64,000 bases of DNA, taken from positions 1-64,000 of the forward strand of contig JBEIJY010000003.1 in NCBI GenBank assembly GCA_040380025.1. The letters run 5' to 3'. The notes below the pieces were generated by a model. That model saw only the letters and a list, made by a program, of their open reading frames with translations. It ran no database searches and was not told where the DNA came from. This document shows positions 18,964-36,054 of the stretch, piece after piece; within the stretch, counting starts at the first letter, position 1; every line of letters begins with the position of its first letter. The translations under genes and the position numbers were made by a program. Source of the DNA: Bdellovibrionales bacterium (lineage in GTDB: Bacteria > Bdellovibrionota > UBA1018 > CAIMNF01).

Positions 18964-20070
18964 ATGAAGCTGAAGCCTTTCCAGCGGGAGGCCGTGGAGT
19001 CCATCCGGAATCATCCGCACACGCTCCTGATCGCTCCGACCGGGAGCGGAAAAAGCCTTGTCTTTCAGAGTTATCTTCTCGAACAAGCCCGTTCGATCCG
19101 GGCGATTCTGGTGTCGCCGCTGAATGCGCTCGCGCGCCAGCATCATCAGAAGCTCTGTGATCTCGGAATCCGGAGCACTCTCGGGGTCGGAAAATCCGGC
19201 ATGGGTCCGCCGGACGGACCGGGAGTGTGGATCGTGAACCCCGAGCGTCTTTCGGTCCGGGGCGGTTCCCCCGCCCGAAGCTGGAAACCCGGCTTTTTGA
19301 TCGTCGATGAGGCCCACTGCATCTGGGAGTGGGGGAATTCTTTTCGTCCCGCATTCGCCCCGATTCCGGACCTTCCCGCGGAACTTGCGATTCCGAAAAG
19401 CTTCTGGTGTACCGCCACCCTGCCCGGGCCCGCGCGACTGGAACTCCGGAAGCGCCTCGGGGCTTCCTTGCGGAAGCTGGGCAAGTTCTCGGTTCCGGAG
19501 AGTCTCTCCATCCGCCGGATCCGTTCGAGGAGTTTCGAGCGGGTCGATTTGCTCCGTTCGCTGATCCTGCGCAAACGGGGGAGTTGCGGAATGATTTTCG
19601 TGAACACCCGGTCTTCTTCCGAGCGTATTCAGGCATACCTCGGGTTTTGGGGCATTCCCTCGGTGTTTTACCATGCGGGAATGGGGGCGGATGAGCGCAT
19701 CGCCCTCGAAAGACGATTGAGTGGTCATCGCGCCGGCGACGGATCTCTTTGGGTAGTCGCCACCTCGGCCTTCGGGATGGGAATGGATTACGGGTTCTTG
19801 GAAACCTGCATTTTGTTCGAGCCTTCCTTTAGTTTGCTTTCGCTTGCACAAGCCTTGGGGAGGGTGGGGCGATCCGGTCGGACCGCCGAGGCTTTTGTTC
19901 TTTGGGATCCCGATGATTTCATCCGGGGGGAGTGGATCGTGGCCCTTTCCCCCGAAAACCGATCCCGTTTAGAGGAGGTTCGTGCTTGGTGCGAAAGCCC
20001 TGAGGATCCGCGGATCAGTCTCGAAAAATTTTTCAATGAGGGGTATGAATGGGCGGATGAGCATTCCTAG
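18964..20070 (+). CDS. RecQ-family DEAH helicase, short form
   Basis: APTGSGKS, SPLNAL, DEAHCIWEWGNSFRP, TATL, YHAGM, ATSAFGMG, QALGRVGR. Confidence 0.85.
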   Translation: MKLKPFQREAVESIRNHPHTLLIAPTGSGKSLVFQSYLLEQARSIRAILVSPLNALARQHHQKLCDLGIRSTLGVGKSGMGPPDGPGVWIVNPERLSVRGGSPARSWKPGFLIVDEAHCIWEWGNSFRPAFAPIPDLPAELAIPKSFWCTATLPGPARLELRKRLGASLRKLGKFSVPESLSIRRIRSRSFERVDLLRSLILRKRGSCGMIFVNTRSSSERIQAYLGFWGIPSVFYHAGMGADERIALERRLSGHRAGDGSLWVVATSAFGMGMDYGFLETCILFEPSFSLLSLAQALGRVGRSGRTAEAFVLWDPDDFIRGEWIVALSPENRSRLEEVRAWCESPEDPRISLEKFFNEGYEWADEHS

Positions 20071-21013
20071 CGATCCCCAGGCCCTGATCAGCGAAGCCCG
20101 CGCGGGCAATCCCGCGGCGCTTGCCCGTCTCATCTCGCGGATCGAGTATCGGAATGAGGACACCCGCCGGATCATCGAGCTTTTGTATCCGATGACCGGC
20201 AATGCCCAGGTTTGGGGCATCACCGGCCCTCCGGGGGCGGGGAAGTCGACCCTCGTCGATCGTCTGGTGGCCAAGCTCCGCGAAAAAGGAAAACGCGTCG
20301 CCGTGGTTGCGATTGATCCGTCGAGTCCCTTTTCGGGCGGGGCCATTCTGGGCGATCGGATCCGCATGCAGAGTCATAGCTCCGATAGCGGCGTGTACAT
20401 CCGAAGCCTCGGAACCCGGGGCCGGCATGGAGGTCTCTCGCACTCCACAAAAGAGGCCGTTCTTGCGCTCGATGCCGCCGGATTCGATGTCGTTCTCGTC
20501 GAGACCGCGGGCGTCGGGCAAACCGAGCTCGACATCCTGAAGCTCGCTCAAACCGTGATTGTGGTTCTTGTTCCCGAGAGCGGCGATTCCATTCAGGTCA
20601 TGAAGGCCGGGCTCATGGAAATCTCGGATGTGTTTGCTGTCAACAAGTCCGATCGCCCGGAAGCCGACAAGCTCGTGCGGGAGCTGGTGGCGAATGTGGG
20701 CTTGAATCCGCATGACGAGCACTCGTGGATGATCCCGGTTTGCAAGACCGAGGCGAATCGCGATGTCGGAGTCGATGCCCTGCTGACGGAAATCGAGAAT
20801 CATCAGAATCACCTCGAAAAATCAGGAAAAAAGGCCCAAAAAGCAAAGGCATTCCTGCGCGAGGAACTCGTCGACATTCTGATCGAGGGGCTCCGTTCCT
20901 CGCTCGATGCCGTCCTGAGAACCGACGGCGGGCAGGATCTTTTGGAACAGCTCTACAAAAAAGAGCTGGCGCCGTATGAGGCCGCGAAACTGCTTTCCGG
21001 GCAGGCCCGTTGA
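20057..21013 (+). CDS. meaB: MeaB/ArgK GTPase (methylmalonyl-CoA mutase chaperone)
   Basis: GITGPPGAGKST, DPSSPFSGGAILGDRIRM, VETAGVGQ, NKSD. Confidence 0.92.
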   Translation: MSIPSDPQALISEARAGNPAALARLISRIEYRNEDTRRIIELLYPMTGNAQVWGITGPPGAGKSTLVDRLVAKLREKGKRVAVVAIDPSSPFSGGAILGDRIRMQSHSSDSGVYIRSLGTRGRHGGLSHSTKEAVLALDAAGFDVVLVETAGVGQTELDILKLAQTVIVVLVPESGDSIQVMKAGLMEISDVFAVNKSDRPEADKLVRELVANVGLNPHDEHSWMIPVCKTEANRDVGVDALLTEIENHQNHLEKSGKKAQKAKAFLREELVDILIEGLRSSLDAVLRTDGGQDLLEQLYKKELAPYEAAKLLSGQAR

Positions 21014-21059
21014 TTTCGAGAAAAAGTGGATTCGCGAAAAAACAGCCGCCGATTTTTGG

Positions 21060-21089
21060 TTGACAACAAGGCCCCCGGCCACTCATGAT
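21060..21089 (+). promoter_or_regulatory. Sigma70 promoter of the tRNA-tuf operon
   Basis: TTGACA-18 bp-CATGAT, GC-rich discriminator, upstream A/T tracts. Confidence 0.65.
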
Positions 21090-21132
21090 GGTGCGCTACG
21101 ATCAGTCTGAAGAGTTCGGATTTCGGATCTAA

Positions 21133-21208
21133 GCTGGATTAGCTCAGTTGGTAGAGCAGCTGTTTTGTAAACAGCAGGTCATCGGTTCGAGTCCGGTCTC
21201 CAGCTCCA
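21133..21208 (+). tRNA. tRNA-Thr(TGT)
   Basis: Cloverleaf, anticodon loop TTTGTAA, GTTCGA T-loop, CCA end. Confidence 0.95.
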
Positions 21209-21241
21209 GTTCCGATTCTGGTTCTCCAGGCGATTTTGGAT

Positions 21242-21327
21242 GGTGAGGTTCCGGAGCGGTCAAACGGACCAGACTGTAAATCTGGCGGCGTCAGCCTTCG
21301 AAGGTTCGATTCCTTCCCTCACCACCA
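21242..21327 (+). tRNA. tRNA-Tyr(GTA)
   Basis: Anticodon loop CTGTAAA, long variable arm, CCA end. Confidence 0.95.
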
Positions 21328-21375
21328 CTCCATGATTCCGATTGCGGGATCGGTGGGGGAGTTTTGAAAATATGG

Positions 21376-21452
21376 GCGGGAGTAGCTCAATTGGCTAGAG
21401 TATCAGCCTTCCAAGCTGAGGGTTGCGGGTTCGAGACCCGTCTCCCGCTCCA
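21376..21452 (+). tRNA. tRNA-Gly(TCC)
   Basis: GCGGGAG acceptor stem, loop CTTCCAA, CCA end. Confidence 0.95.
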
Positions 21453-21504
21453 ATTTTCAAAAGTTCCAAGGACAATCCGTCAACAGGCCGTTTCAGTGAT
21501 TCGT

Positions 21505-21579
21505 GCTGATGTAGCTCAGGGGTAGAGTACTCCCTTGGTAAGGGAGAGGTCGTGGGTTCAAATCCCATCATCAGCTCCA
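21505..21579 (+). tRNA. tRNA-Thr(GGT)
   Basis: Loop TTGGTAA, GTTCAA T-loop, CCA end; classic Thr-Tyr-Gly-Thr-tuf order. Confidence 0.95.
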
Positions 21580-21695
21580 CTGAATCTCCCGGTCGTCGTA
21601 AAAAAAAGCTGGAAACAAGCACGGTTTTTTTGGTATGAGTTGGCAGATCACCACAAAATTAGTGAATTATTTCTTTATCGGAAAGGGATGACGAA

Positions 21696-22886
21696 ATGTC
21701 GAAAGAAAAATTTGAGCGGTCAAAACCGCACTGTAACATCGGAACCATCGGTCACGTTGACCACGGAAAGACGACGCTGACTTCAGCGATCACCAAGGTT
21801 CTTGCGAAAGCAGGAAAAGCCAAGGCGATGGATTATGCCTCCATCGACAAGTCTCCCGAAGAAAAAGAGCGCGGGATCACCATCAATACCACTCACGTGG
21901 AATACGAAACCGACACCCGTCACTATGCGCACGTCGACTGTCCTGGTCACGCCGACTACGTGAAGAACATGATCACCGGTGCTGCTCAGATGGATGGCGC
22001 GATCCTCGTCGTTTCTGCTGCGGACGGTCCGATGCCGCAAACCCGCGAGCACATCCTTCTCGCCCGTCAGGTCGGCGTTCCTGCGATCGTCGTGTTCCTG
22101 AACAAATGCGACATGGTTGACGATGCAGAGCTCGTGGACCTCGTCGAGATGGAAGTTCGCGAACTCCTCTCCAAGTACAATTTCCCCGGCGACAATATTC
22201 CATTCGTTCGCGGTTCCGCGCTGAAAGCGTCGGAAGGCGACAGTGGTGAGTTCGGTGAGCCTTCGATCATGAAGCTCATGGAATCGGTCGACAAGTACAT
22301 CCCGCAACCTGCGCGGGTTCTGGACAAGCCGTTCCTGATGCCTGTCGAGGACGTGTTCTCGATCTCTGGTCGCGGTACTGTTGTGACCGGCCGGATTGAG
22401 CGTGGTGTTCTGAAAGTGGGCGATGAAATCGAAATCATCGGGATCCGCCCGACCACCAAGACCACCATCACCGGAATCGAAATGTTCCGGAAGCTCTTGG
22501 ATTCCGGCGAAGCGGGCGACAACATCGGTGCGCTCCTTCGTGGTACCAAGAAAGAAGATGTCGAACGCGGCCAAGTTCTTGCGAAGCCGGGAAGCGTCAC
22601 TCCGCACAAGAAATTCAAAGGCGCGGCGTACATTCTCACCAAAGAAGAGGGCGGACGTCATACTCCGTTCTTCAAAGGGTACCGCCCTCAGTTCTACTTC
22701 CGCACCACCGATGTGACTGGTGTTGTGACTCTTCCTGAGAATGTCGAAATGGTCATGCCTGGCGACAATATCTCGATGGAAGTTGAGCTCATCACTCCGA
22801 TCGCAATGGAAAAAGACCTCCGCTTCGCGATTCGCGAAGGTGGCCGCACTGTCGGCGCCGGCGTTGTGTCCGAGATCGTGGAGTAA
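21696..22886 (+). CDS. tuf: Elongation factor Tu
   Basis: [40 protein letters not shown]. Confidence 0.99.
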   Translation: MSKEKFERSKPHCNIGTIGHVDHGKTTLTSAITKVLAKAGKAKAMDYASIDKSPEEKERGITINTTHVEYETDTRHYAHVDCPGHADYVKNMITGAAQMDGAILVVSAADGPMPQTREHILLARQVGVPAIVVFLNKCDMVDDAELVDLVEMEVRELLSKYNFPGDNIPFVRGSALKASEGDSGEFGEPSIMKLMESVDKYIPQPARVLDKPFLMPVEDVFSISGRGTVVTGRIERGVLKVGDEIEIIGIRPTTKTTITGIEMFRKLLDSGEAGDNIGALLRGTKKEDVERGQVLAKPGSVTPHKKFKGAAYILTKEEGGRHTPFFKGYRPQFYFRTTDVTGVVTLPENVEMVMPGDNISMEVELITPIAMEKDLRFAIREGGRTVGAGVVSEIVE

Positions 22887-22894
22887 TTGTTTGC

Positions 22895-22931
22895 AATCAG
22901 GTGGCTCCGGGTTCCGGGGCCACCTGATTTT
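22895..22931 (+). terminator. Hairpin after tuf (terminator or processing stem)
   Basis: AATCAGGTGGCTCCGG-GTT-CCGGGGCCACCTGATT followed by TT. Confidence 0.6.
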
Positions 22932-22935
22932 GCGG

Positions 22936-23011
22936 AGGCCGGTAGCTCCAATGGTAGAGCAACGGATTCCAAATCCGTGGGTTGTGGGTTCGAATCCCTC
23001 CCGGCCTGCCA
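22936..23011 (+). tRNA. tRNA-Trp(CCA)
   Basis: AGGCCGG acceptor stem, loop TTCCAAA, CCA end, upstream of secE. Confidence 0.95.
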
Positions 23012-23053
23012 CAAACCCGATTAACCCCGACGAAACAGCGAGCAGAAACGAAA

Positions 23054-23419
23054 ATGGAAAACCAGAGACAAAAATGGGTCAATCTCGTGTTCACCGGAGT
23101 CGCAATTCTGGTTGCGTGGGTGTCCAGCATCGGTTTTACCAAAGTGAGCTCTGTTTACAATCTTGAGTCCAGCATCAAGCAGATCGATCTGATCATTCGG
23201 TTCGGATCCCTTGCGGTAGGCGCCATTCTCGGGTTCGGCTTGTACTGGAATGACAAGGCCAATGCGTTCATGAACGAAGTGGTTCTGGAGATGTCTCGCG
23301 TGACCTGGCCCGCAACCAAGGAGTCCACGGGAGCGACGATCTGGGTAGTGGTTTTTGTTTTGATCGCAGGAGTGCTTCTGGGCGGGTTTGACACCCTCTG
23401 CGCCTGGGTCCTGAACTGA
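23054..23419 (+). CDS. secE: Preprotein translocase subunit SecE (3-TM form)
   Basis: EVVLEMSRVTWP motif, position between tRNA-Trp and nusG. Confidence 0.92.
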   Translation: MENQRQKWVNLVFTGVAILVAWVSSIGFTKVSSVYNLESSIKQIDLIIRFGSLAVGAILGFGLYWNDKANAFMNEVVLEMSRVTWPATKESTGATIWVVVFVLIAGVLLGGFDTLCAWVLN

Positions 23420-23438
23420 TCCGAAATTGGTGGTATTT

Positions 23439-23996
23439 ATGGAAAACACTCAAACTCCCGCACTTCCTGAAATGGCATGGTACGTGGTTCACACGTATTC
23501 CGGCTTCGAGCACAAGGTGAAGATTTCCCTCGAGGAGCGCTCCAAGCAGCTTAAAAAAGAGCAATTCTTCGGAGAGGTCGTGGTTCCCGAAGAGAACGTC
23601 GTCGAGCTGGTCAAAGGACAGAAGCGGACGACCAAAAGAAGATTTTTCCCCGGCTACATTCTCGTCAAAATGATCCTGACCGACGAGACCTGGCACATCG
23701 TGAAGAACACTCCCAAGGTTACCGGTTTCGTGGGCGACAAGCTCAAGCCCGTTCCGGTCCCCGAGTCCGAGATTCAAAAGATGACCAACCGGATTGTCGA
23801 AGGCCAGGCAAAACCCCGGCCCAAGGTTTCCTTCCAGGAAGGTGAAAACGTCAAAGTGGTGGACGGACCGTTCTCCAACTTCAGCGGGATCATCGAGGAA
23901 GTGAATCAGGACAAAGGAAAAGTGAAGGTGTTGGTCAGCATCTTCGGCCGCTCGACTCCCGTTGAGCTGGATTTTATTCAAGTTGAAAAAGTCTGA
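23439..23996 (+). CDS. nusG: Transcription factor NusG
   Basis: WYVVHTYSGFE, FFPGYILV, KOW motif DGPFSNFSG, IFGRSTPVEL. Confidence 0.97.
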   Translation: MENTQTPALPEMAWYVVHTYSGFEHKVKISLEERSKQLKKEQFFGEVVVPEENVVELVKGQKRTTKRRFFPGYILVKMILTDETWHIVKNTPKVTGFVGDKLKPVPVPESEIQKMTNRIVEGQAKPRPKVSFQEGENVKVVDGPFSNFSGIIEEVNQDKGKVKVLVSIFGRSTPVELDFIQVEKV

Positions 23997-24020
23997 GACT
24001 TCTGATAGGAACTGACGCTT

Positions 24021-24446
24021 ATGGCAAAAAAGGTTACTGGTCAAATTAAGTTACAAATCCCCGGCGGAGCCGCGAATCCAGCGCCCCCGGTCGGTCCTGC
24101 TCTTGGTCAGCGGGGCGTGAACATCATGGAATTCTGCAAGGCGTTCAATGCAAAGACCGCCGACCAGAAGGGCATGGTGATTCCGGTGATCATCACGGTC
24201 TATTCGGACCGTTCGTTCACCTTCATCACCAAGACCCCTCCTGCCGCGGTTCTTCTTTTGAAGGCCGCCAAGCTCGAAAAGGGATCGGGCGAGCCAAATC
24301 GTAAGAAGGTGGGCTCGGTCACCCGGAAGCAAATCGAAGACATCGCGAAACTGAAGATGCCGGATCTGAACGCTGGCTCGGTCGAGACCGCGATGAATTC
24401 GATCGAGGGGACTGCAAAGAGCTGCGGTCTCACGGTACAGGGATAA
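24021..24446 (+). CDS. rplK: 50S ribosomal protein L11
   Basis: [25 protein letters not shown]. Confidence 0.98.
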   Translation: MAKKVTGQIKLQIPGGAANPAPPVGPALGQRGVNIMEFCKAFNAKTADQKGMVIPVIITVYSDRSFTFITKTPPAAVLLLKAAKLEKGSGEPNRKKVGSVTRKQIEDIAKLKMPDLNAGSVETAMNSIEGTAKSCGLTVQG

Positions 24447-24459
24447 GGTACAGGGATAA
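24434..24459 (+). repeat. 13-bp perfect tandem duplication at the rplK stop
   Basis: GGTACAGGGATAA repeated twice. Confidence 0.9.
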
Positions 24460-24480
24460 ACCAACCCGAAAGGGTATTTT

Positions 24481-24517
24481 TGGGAGCCGCCCGTAAAATC
24501 GAGCGGCGTTTGCACCA
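24481..24517 (+). promoter_or_regulatory. Putative L1-binding autoregulatory mRNA element
   Basis: TGG-GAG-CCGC...GCGG...CCA helix/internal loop/helix ending at the rplA SD. Confidence 0.5.
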
Positions 24518-24528
24518 AGGAGAAAACA

Positions 24529-25281
24529 ATGGCAAAGAAAAAAGACGGCGCCGCAAAAGCGCCCAAGAATCCGATTGCCGCGAAGTTCGGAAAGCGTTAC
24601 GCCTCCGCATTCGCCATGGTCGATGCGGACAAATCCTACAAGCTGGATGAGGCGTTCGAGCTGATTTGCAAGCTTTCGTCCGCTAAATTCGATGAAACCG
24701 TCGAGGCTGCCTTCAATCTCGGCGTCGATACCAAACAAGGCGACCAGCAAGTGCGCGGCGCCGTGGTTCTTCCTCACGGAACCGGCAAGAAGCTTCGCAT
24801 CGCGGTTGTTGCAAAGGGCGAAAAGGCGAAAGAAGCCGAGGCGGCTGGCGCCGACATCGTCGGATCCGACGACCTGATCGAGAAGATCCAGGGTGGTTTT
24901 CTTGATTTCGATAAACTCATCGCGACTCCGGACATGATGGTGGCGATTTCGAAGGTCGGGAAGATTCTCGGACCTCGCGATCTCATGCCGAACCCAAAGC
25001 TCGGAACTGTGACTGTCGATGTGTCAAAGGCGATCAACGAACAGCGCAAGGGTAAGGTCGAATATCGTGCCGAGAAGGCCGGTATCGTTCACGTTAAAGT
25101 AGGTAAAAAATCGTTCGGATCGCAGAAGTTGAAGGAAAACTTCCTTGCTGTGGTGGGAGCCGTACTCCGGTCCAAGCCACCGACCAGCAAGGGAACTTAC
25201 CTCCAGGCACTGACCATCGCATCGACCATGGGCCCGGGCATCCAGCTCGACGTCTCGGATGCGACCTCGAACGCGGGCTGA
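24529..25281 (+). CDS. rplA: 50S ribosomal protein L1
   Basis: [36 protein letters not shown]. Confidence 0.98.
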   Translation: MAKKKDGAAKAPKNPIAAKFGKRYASAFAMVDADKSYKLDEAFELICKLSSAKFDETVEAAFNLGVDTKQGDQQVRGAVVLPHGTGKKLRIAVVAKGEKAKEAEAAGADIVGSDDLIEKIQGGFLDFDKLIATPDMMVAISKVGKILGPRDLMPNPKLGTVTVDVSKAINEQRKGKVEYRAEKAGIVHVKVGKKSFGSQKLKENFLAVVGAVLRSKPPTSKGTYLQALTIASTMGPGIQLDVSDATSNAG

Positions 25282-25302
25282 TCAGGATAAGGAGAGATTC
25301 AA

Positions 25303-25827
25303 ATGGATCGTACAGGCAAAGAAACTCTGGCGGGCGAGCTTCGTGACAAATTCTCCAAAGCGAACATCGCTCTGTTCGCAGATTACAAAGGTTTGAAGTC
25401 CACCCAGGCGGATTCCCTGCGGCGCGCATTGCGCTCCAAAGAGACTGAAGTCGTGGTGCTCAAAAACAATATCGGTCGTCTCGTCACTAAAAATGGCGAG
25501 ATGGGCGAGGATGCAAAAGGGTTGATGGACCGTGTGGTGGGTCCGACCCTGGTTGCATTCGCGTACGGAGATCCGGCGGCGGCGGCAAAGGTGCTGAATG
25601 ACTTCGCCAAGGATCACGAAGCGCTGAAAATCAAGGAAAGCCTTTTCGGGAAGAAGCTTCTTTCGTCAGCCGAGGTATCTCAGCTTGCGGAACTTCCTTC
25701 GAGGGAAGTCCTTCTCTCGATGTTGCTGTCGGTACTCAATGGACCGATCCGCAGCTTCGTGACTGTGCTGGGTCAGCTCGAAAAGAAGCGGTCTGAACCT
25801 GCTGCAGCAGAAACCCCCAACACCTAA
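25303..25827 (+). CDS. rplJ: 50S ribosomal protein L10
   Basis: ADYKGL, VLKNN, GPT, LAELPSRE; operon position. Confidence 0.95.
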   Translation: MDRTGKETLAGELRDKFSKANIALFADYKGLKSTQADSLRRALRSKETEVVVLKNNIGRLVTKNGEMGEDAKGLMDRVVGPTLVAFAYGDPAAAAKVLNDFAKDHEALKIKESLFGKKLLSSAEVSQLAELPSREVLLSMLLSVLNGPIRSFVTVLGQLEKKRSEPAAAETPNT

Positions 25828-25861
25828 CCACGTCTAGAAAAAAGAAGAAGAGGATACAAAG

Positions 25862-26239
25862 ATGTCATCTGTAACCAAAGAACAAGTAATCAGCTATATC
25901 GAAAACCTTTCCGTGATCGATCTTTCGAATCTCGTGAAGGAACTGGAAACCAAATTCGGCGTTTCTTCCGCTCCTGTGGCGGTTGCAGTTGCCGGTGGCG
26001 CCGCAGGCGCTGCTGCCGCTGCCGAGAAGACCGAGTTTGACGTTGTGCTCACCTCCGGTGGCGACAACAAGATCAACGTGATCAAAGAAGTTCGCGCCAT
26101 CACCGGCCTCGGACTGAAAGAAGCGAAAGACCTCGTCGAAGGCGCGCCTAAGACCGTAAAAGAAGGCATCGCGAAAAAAGACGCAGAAGAAATGAAGAAG
26201 AAGCTCGAAGCCGCTGGAGCCAAAGTAGAGCTCAAGTAA
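25862..26239 (+). CDS. rplL: 50S ribosomal protein L7/L12
   Basis: [29 protein letters not shown]. Confidence 0.98.
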   Translation: MSSVTKEQVISYIENLSVIDLSNLVKELETKFGVSSAPVAVAVAGGAAGAAAAAEKTEFDVVLTSGGDNKINVIKEVRAITGLGLKEAKDLVEGAPKTVKEGIAKKDAEEMKKKLEAAGAKVELK

Positions 26240-26302
26240 TTGAAAGGCTTGGGGTTTTGACCGTCCTTGGGTGGTCCATTCCCCCTCTTCTTCCAGTTGT
26301 TC

Positions 26303-26354
26303 GGACAGGCGCACTCCCGGTGAAGCACGGGTTGCGCCTGTCCTATTGTGTTTT
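26303..26354 (+). terminator. rplL-rpoB attenuator/terminator hairpin
   Basis: GGACAGGCGCA...TGCGCCTGTCC 11-bp stem followed by TATTGTGTTTT. Confidence 0.65.
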
Positions 26355-26565
26355 TCCGGAAAATTCTGTATGAAAGGGGATTCGGATCATCCCCTCATTT
26401 CGAGATTCGAGCTTTGGCTGGTGCGGAATATTGCCTACCCCCGTCTGATCACGGCAGATCAACGCGAGGATGAGAATCGGTTTTCCCGGTTCATCGAGTA
26501 GGCGGACTCATCGTCCGGCGGCAAACGAATTTGGCGGTTTGTTTTTGTTGGCTAAAGGAGAATTC

Positions 26566-30708
<4,143 letters not shown>

Positions 30709-30726
30709 GGACAAAGGGGCATAACG

Positions 30727-34869
<4,143 letters not shown>

Positions 34870-34889
34870 TCGAATTTGAATTTTCTCGG

Positions 34890-34916
34890 GAGGGTGCCCG
34901 GGCTCCGGGCACCCTC
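34890..34916 (+). terminator. 12-bp perfect hairpin after rpoC
   Basis: GAGGGTGCCCGG-GCT-CCGGGCACCCTC; no U-tract directly after. Confidence 0.55.
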
Positions 34917-34993
34917 GACCGCGACCAAGCCGATTTTCTTCTGGATTTCTTCTGGATAAGTTGGTAGACCAAACAGACTTTCATTCTTTGGAA

Positions 34994-35069
34994 GGGCGAT
35001 TAGCTCAGTTGGTAGAGCAGGATGTTTACACCGTCAAGGTCGGGAGTTCGAGCCTCTCATCGCCCACCA
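34994..35069 (+). tRNA. tRNA-Val(TAC)
   Basis: GGGCGAT/ATCGCCC acceptor stem, loop TTTACAC, GTTCGA T-loop, CCA end. Confidence 0.93.
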
Positions 35070-35184
35070 AAATTTCTTCGTTAAATCAAATCCAGTCAAA
35101 ATAAAATAAGACCTTGGTACTCCTGCGGACTTCGTGTCCTCTTTAGAATTCGCTCAAGTTTCTTCGCGTGTGTGTCGATGAGTC

Positions 35185-36054
35185 ATGGAGATGAAGACTC
35201 AAAGAGCGCGATGCGTGTTGATCATTCTGATGGTACTGGGAGCGACCCCTTCGGTCGGTAATGCGGCCAAGACCTTGAAGTTCAACGCCAAAAACAAATC
35301 GTGTGTGGCGAAGACCTGGGACGGGACCAAGTGGGTTCCGGTGGATCGTGCCATTCTTGCGGGTCGCCCGGTCACCCGGGTCGAGGCGTTCAAAAAAGAA
35401 ATGACCCGGTTCCGGGTCGATTCAAAGTGGTACGTCGCTTCGAGTCGATGCATCCAGACCGCGAAGCCCAAACCCGAGCAAGCATCCGAGCTCGTAGCAG
35501 ATCAAGTCGAACCAGCTGCGAAACCAGCAGAACAACCGCGAGACGGCCTGGTGGTTCGTGCAGCACTCGAATACGGAAATTTCAGGCGGACCCTCGGCTT
35601 CGGGGGAACGAATTATCGGGTCTCGTTGTCGACGATCGCGGCGAAGGCCGGTTTCGGGCAGCGCAAGTTTTTTGAATCCAGCTCGTTCTACTGGGGCTGG
35701 AACATCGACGCATTTTTCGGTGTCTCGAAAGTCGAGGTCGAGTCGGGGGCTCCCTTTGCCTATTCGGGCACGGGAGTGTTCACGGCAGGGAGCCGGGCCA
35801 GCGGCGCGATCGGATCGCGGCTTTCGAATCGGATTGATTCGCAGTTGGATCTCGGCGCGGGGCTGTCGTACGCGAGCATGAAAGAAACGGGAGTGGCGGG
35901 CGCCACCAACCCGAAGTCCGTGATGGTGTTCCCTTTATTGAAGTTGGGATTCGTGTATCAGACCGATTCGAAGCTCGGGTTCGGGGTTGAGGCGATGTCA
36001 CAGGGGATTTTACGGGACTACGCGTTTTCGGGGGGTGTGCAATGGGTGTTTTGA
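35185..36054 (+). CDS. Outer-membrane beta-barrel protein with basic N-terminal domain
   Basis: Signal peptide, Cys-paired N-domain, Pro/Ala linker, amphipathic strands, C-terminal VQWVF. Confidence 0.65.
   Translation: MEMKTQRARCVLIILMVLGATPSVGNAAKTLKFNAKNKSCVAKTWDGTKWVPVDRAILAGRPVTRVEAFKKEMTRFRVDSKWYVASSRCIQTAKPKPEQASELVADQVEPAAKPAEQPRDGLVVRAALEYGNFRRTLGFGGTNYRVSLSTIAAKAGFGQRKFFESSSFYWGWNIDAFFGVSKVEVESGAPFAYSGTGVFTAGSRASGAIGSRLSNRIDSQLDLGAGLSYASMKETGVAGATNPKSVMVFPLLKLGFVYQTDSKLGFGVEAMSQGILRDYAFSGGVQWVF

Noticed and set aside
21395..21780. ORFs overlapping the tRNA cluster
   Set aside because: Translations of tRNA genes or their antisense strands
26470..26565. N-terminal extension of RpoB
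   Set aside because: Strong SD precedes ATG 26566; the upstream part is leader sequence
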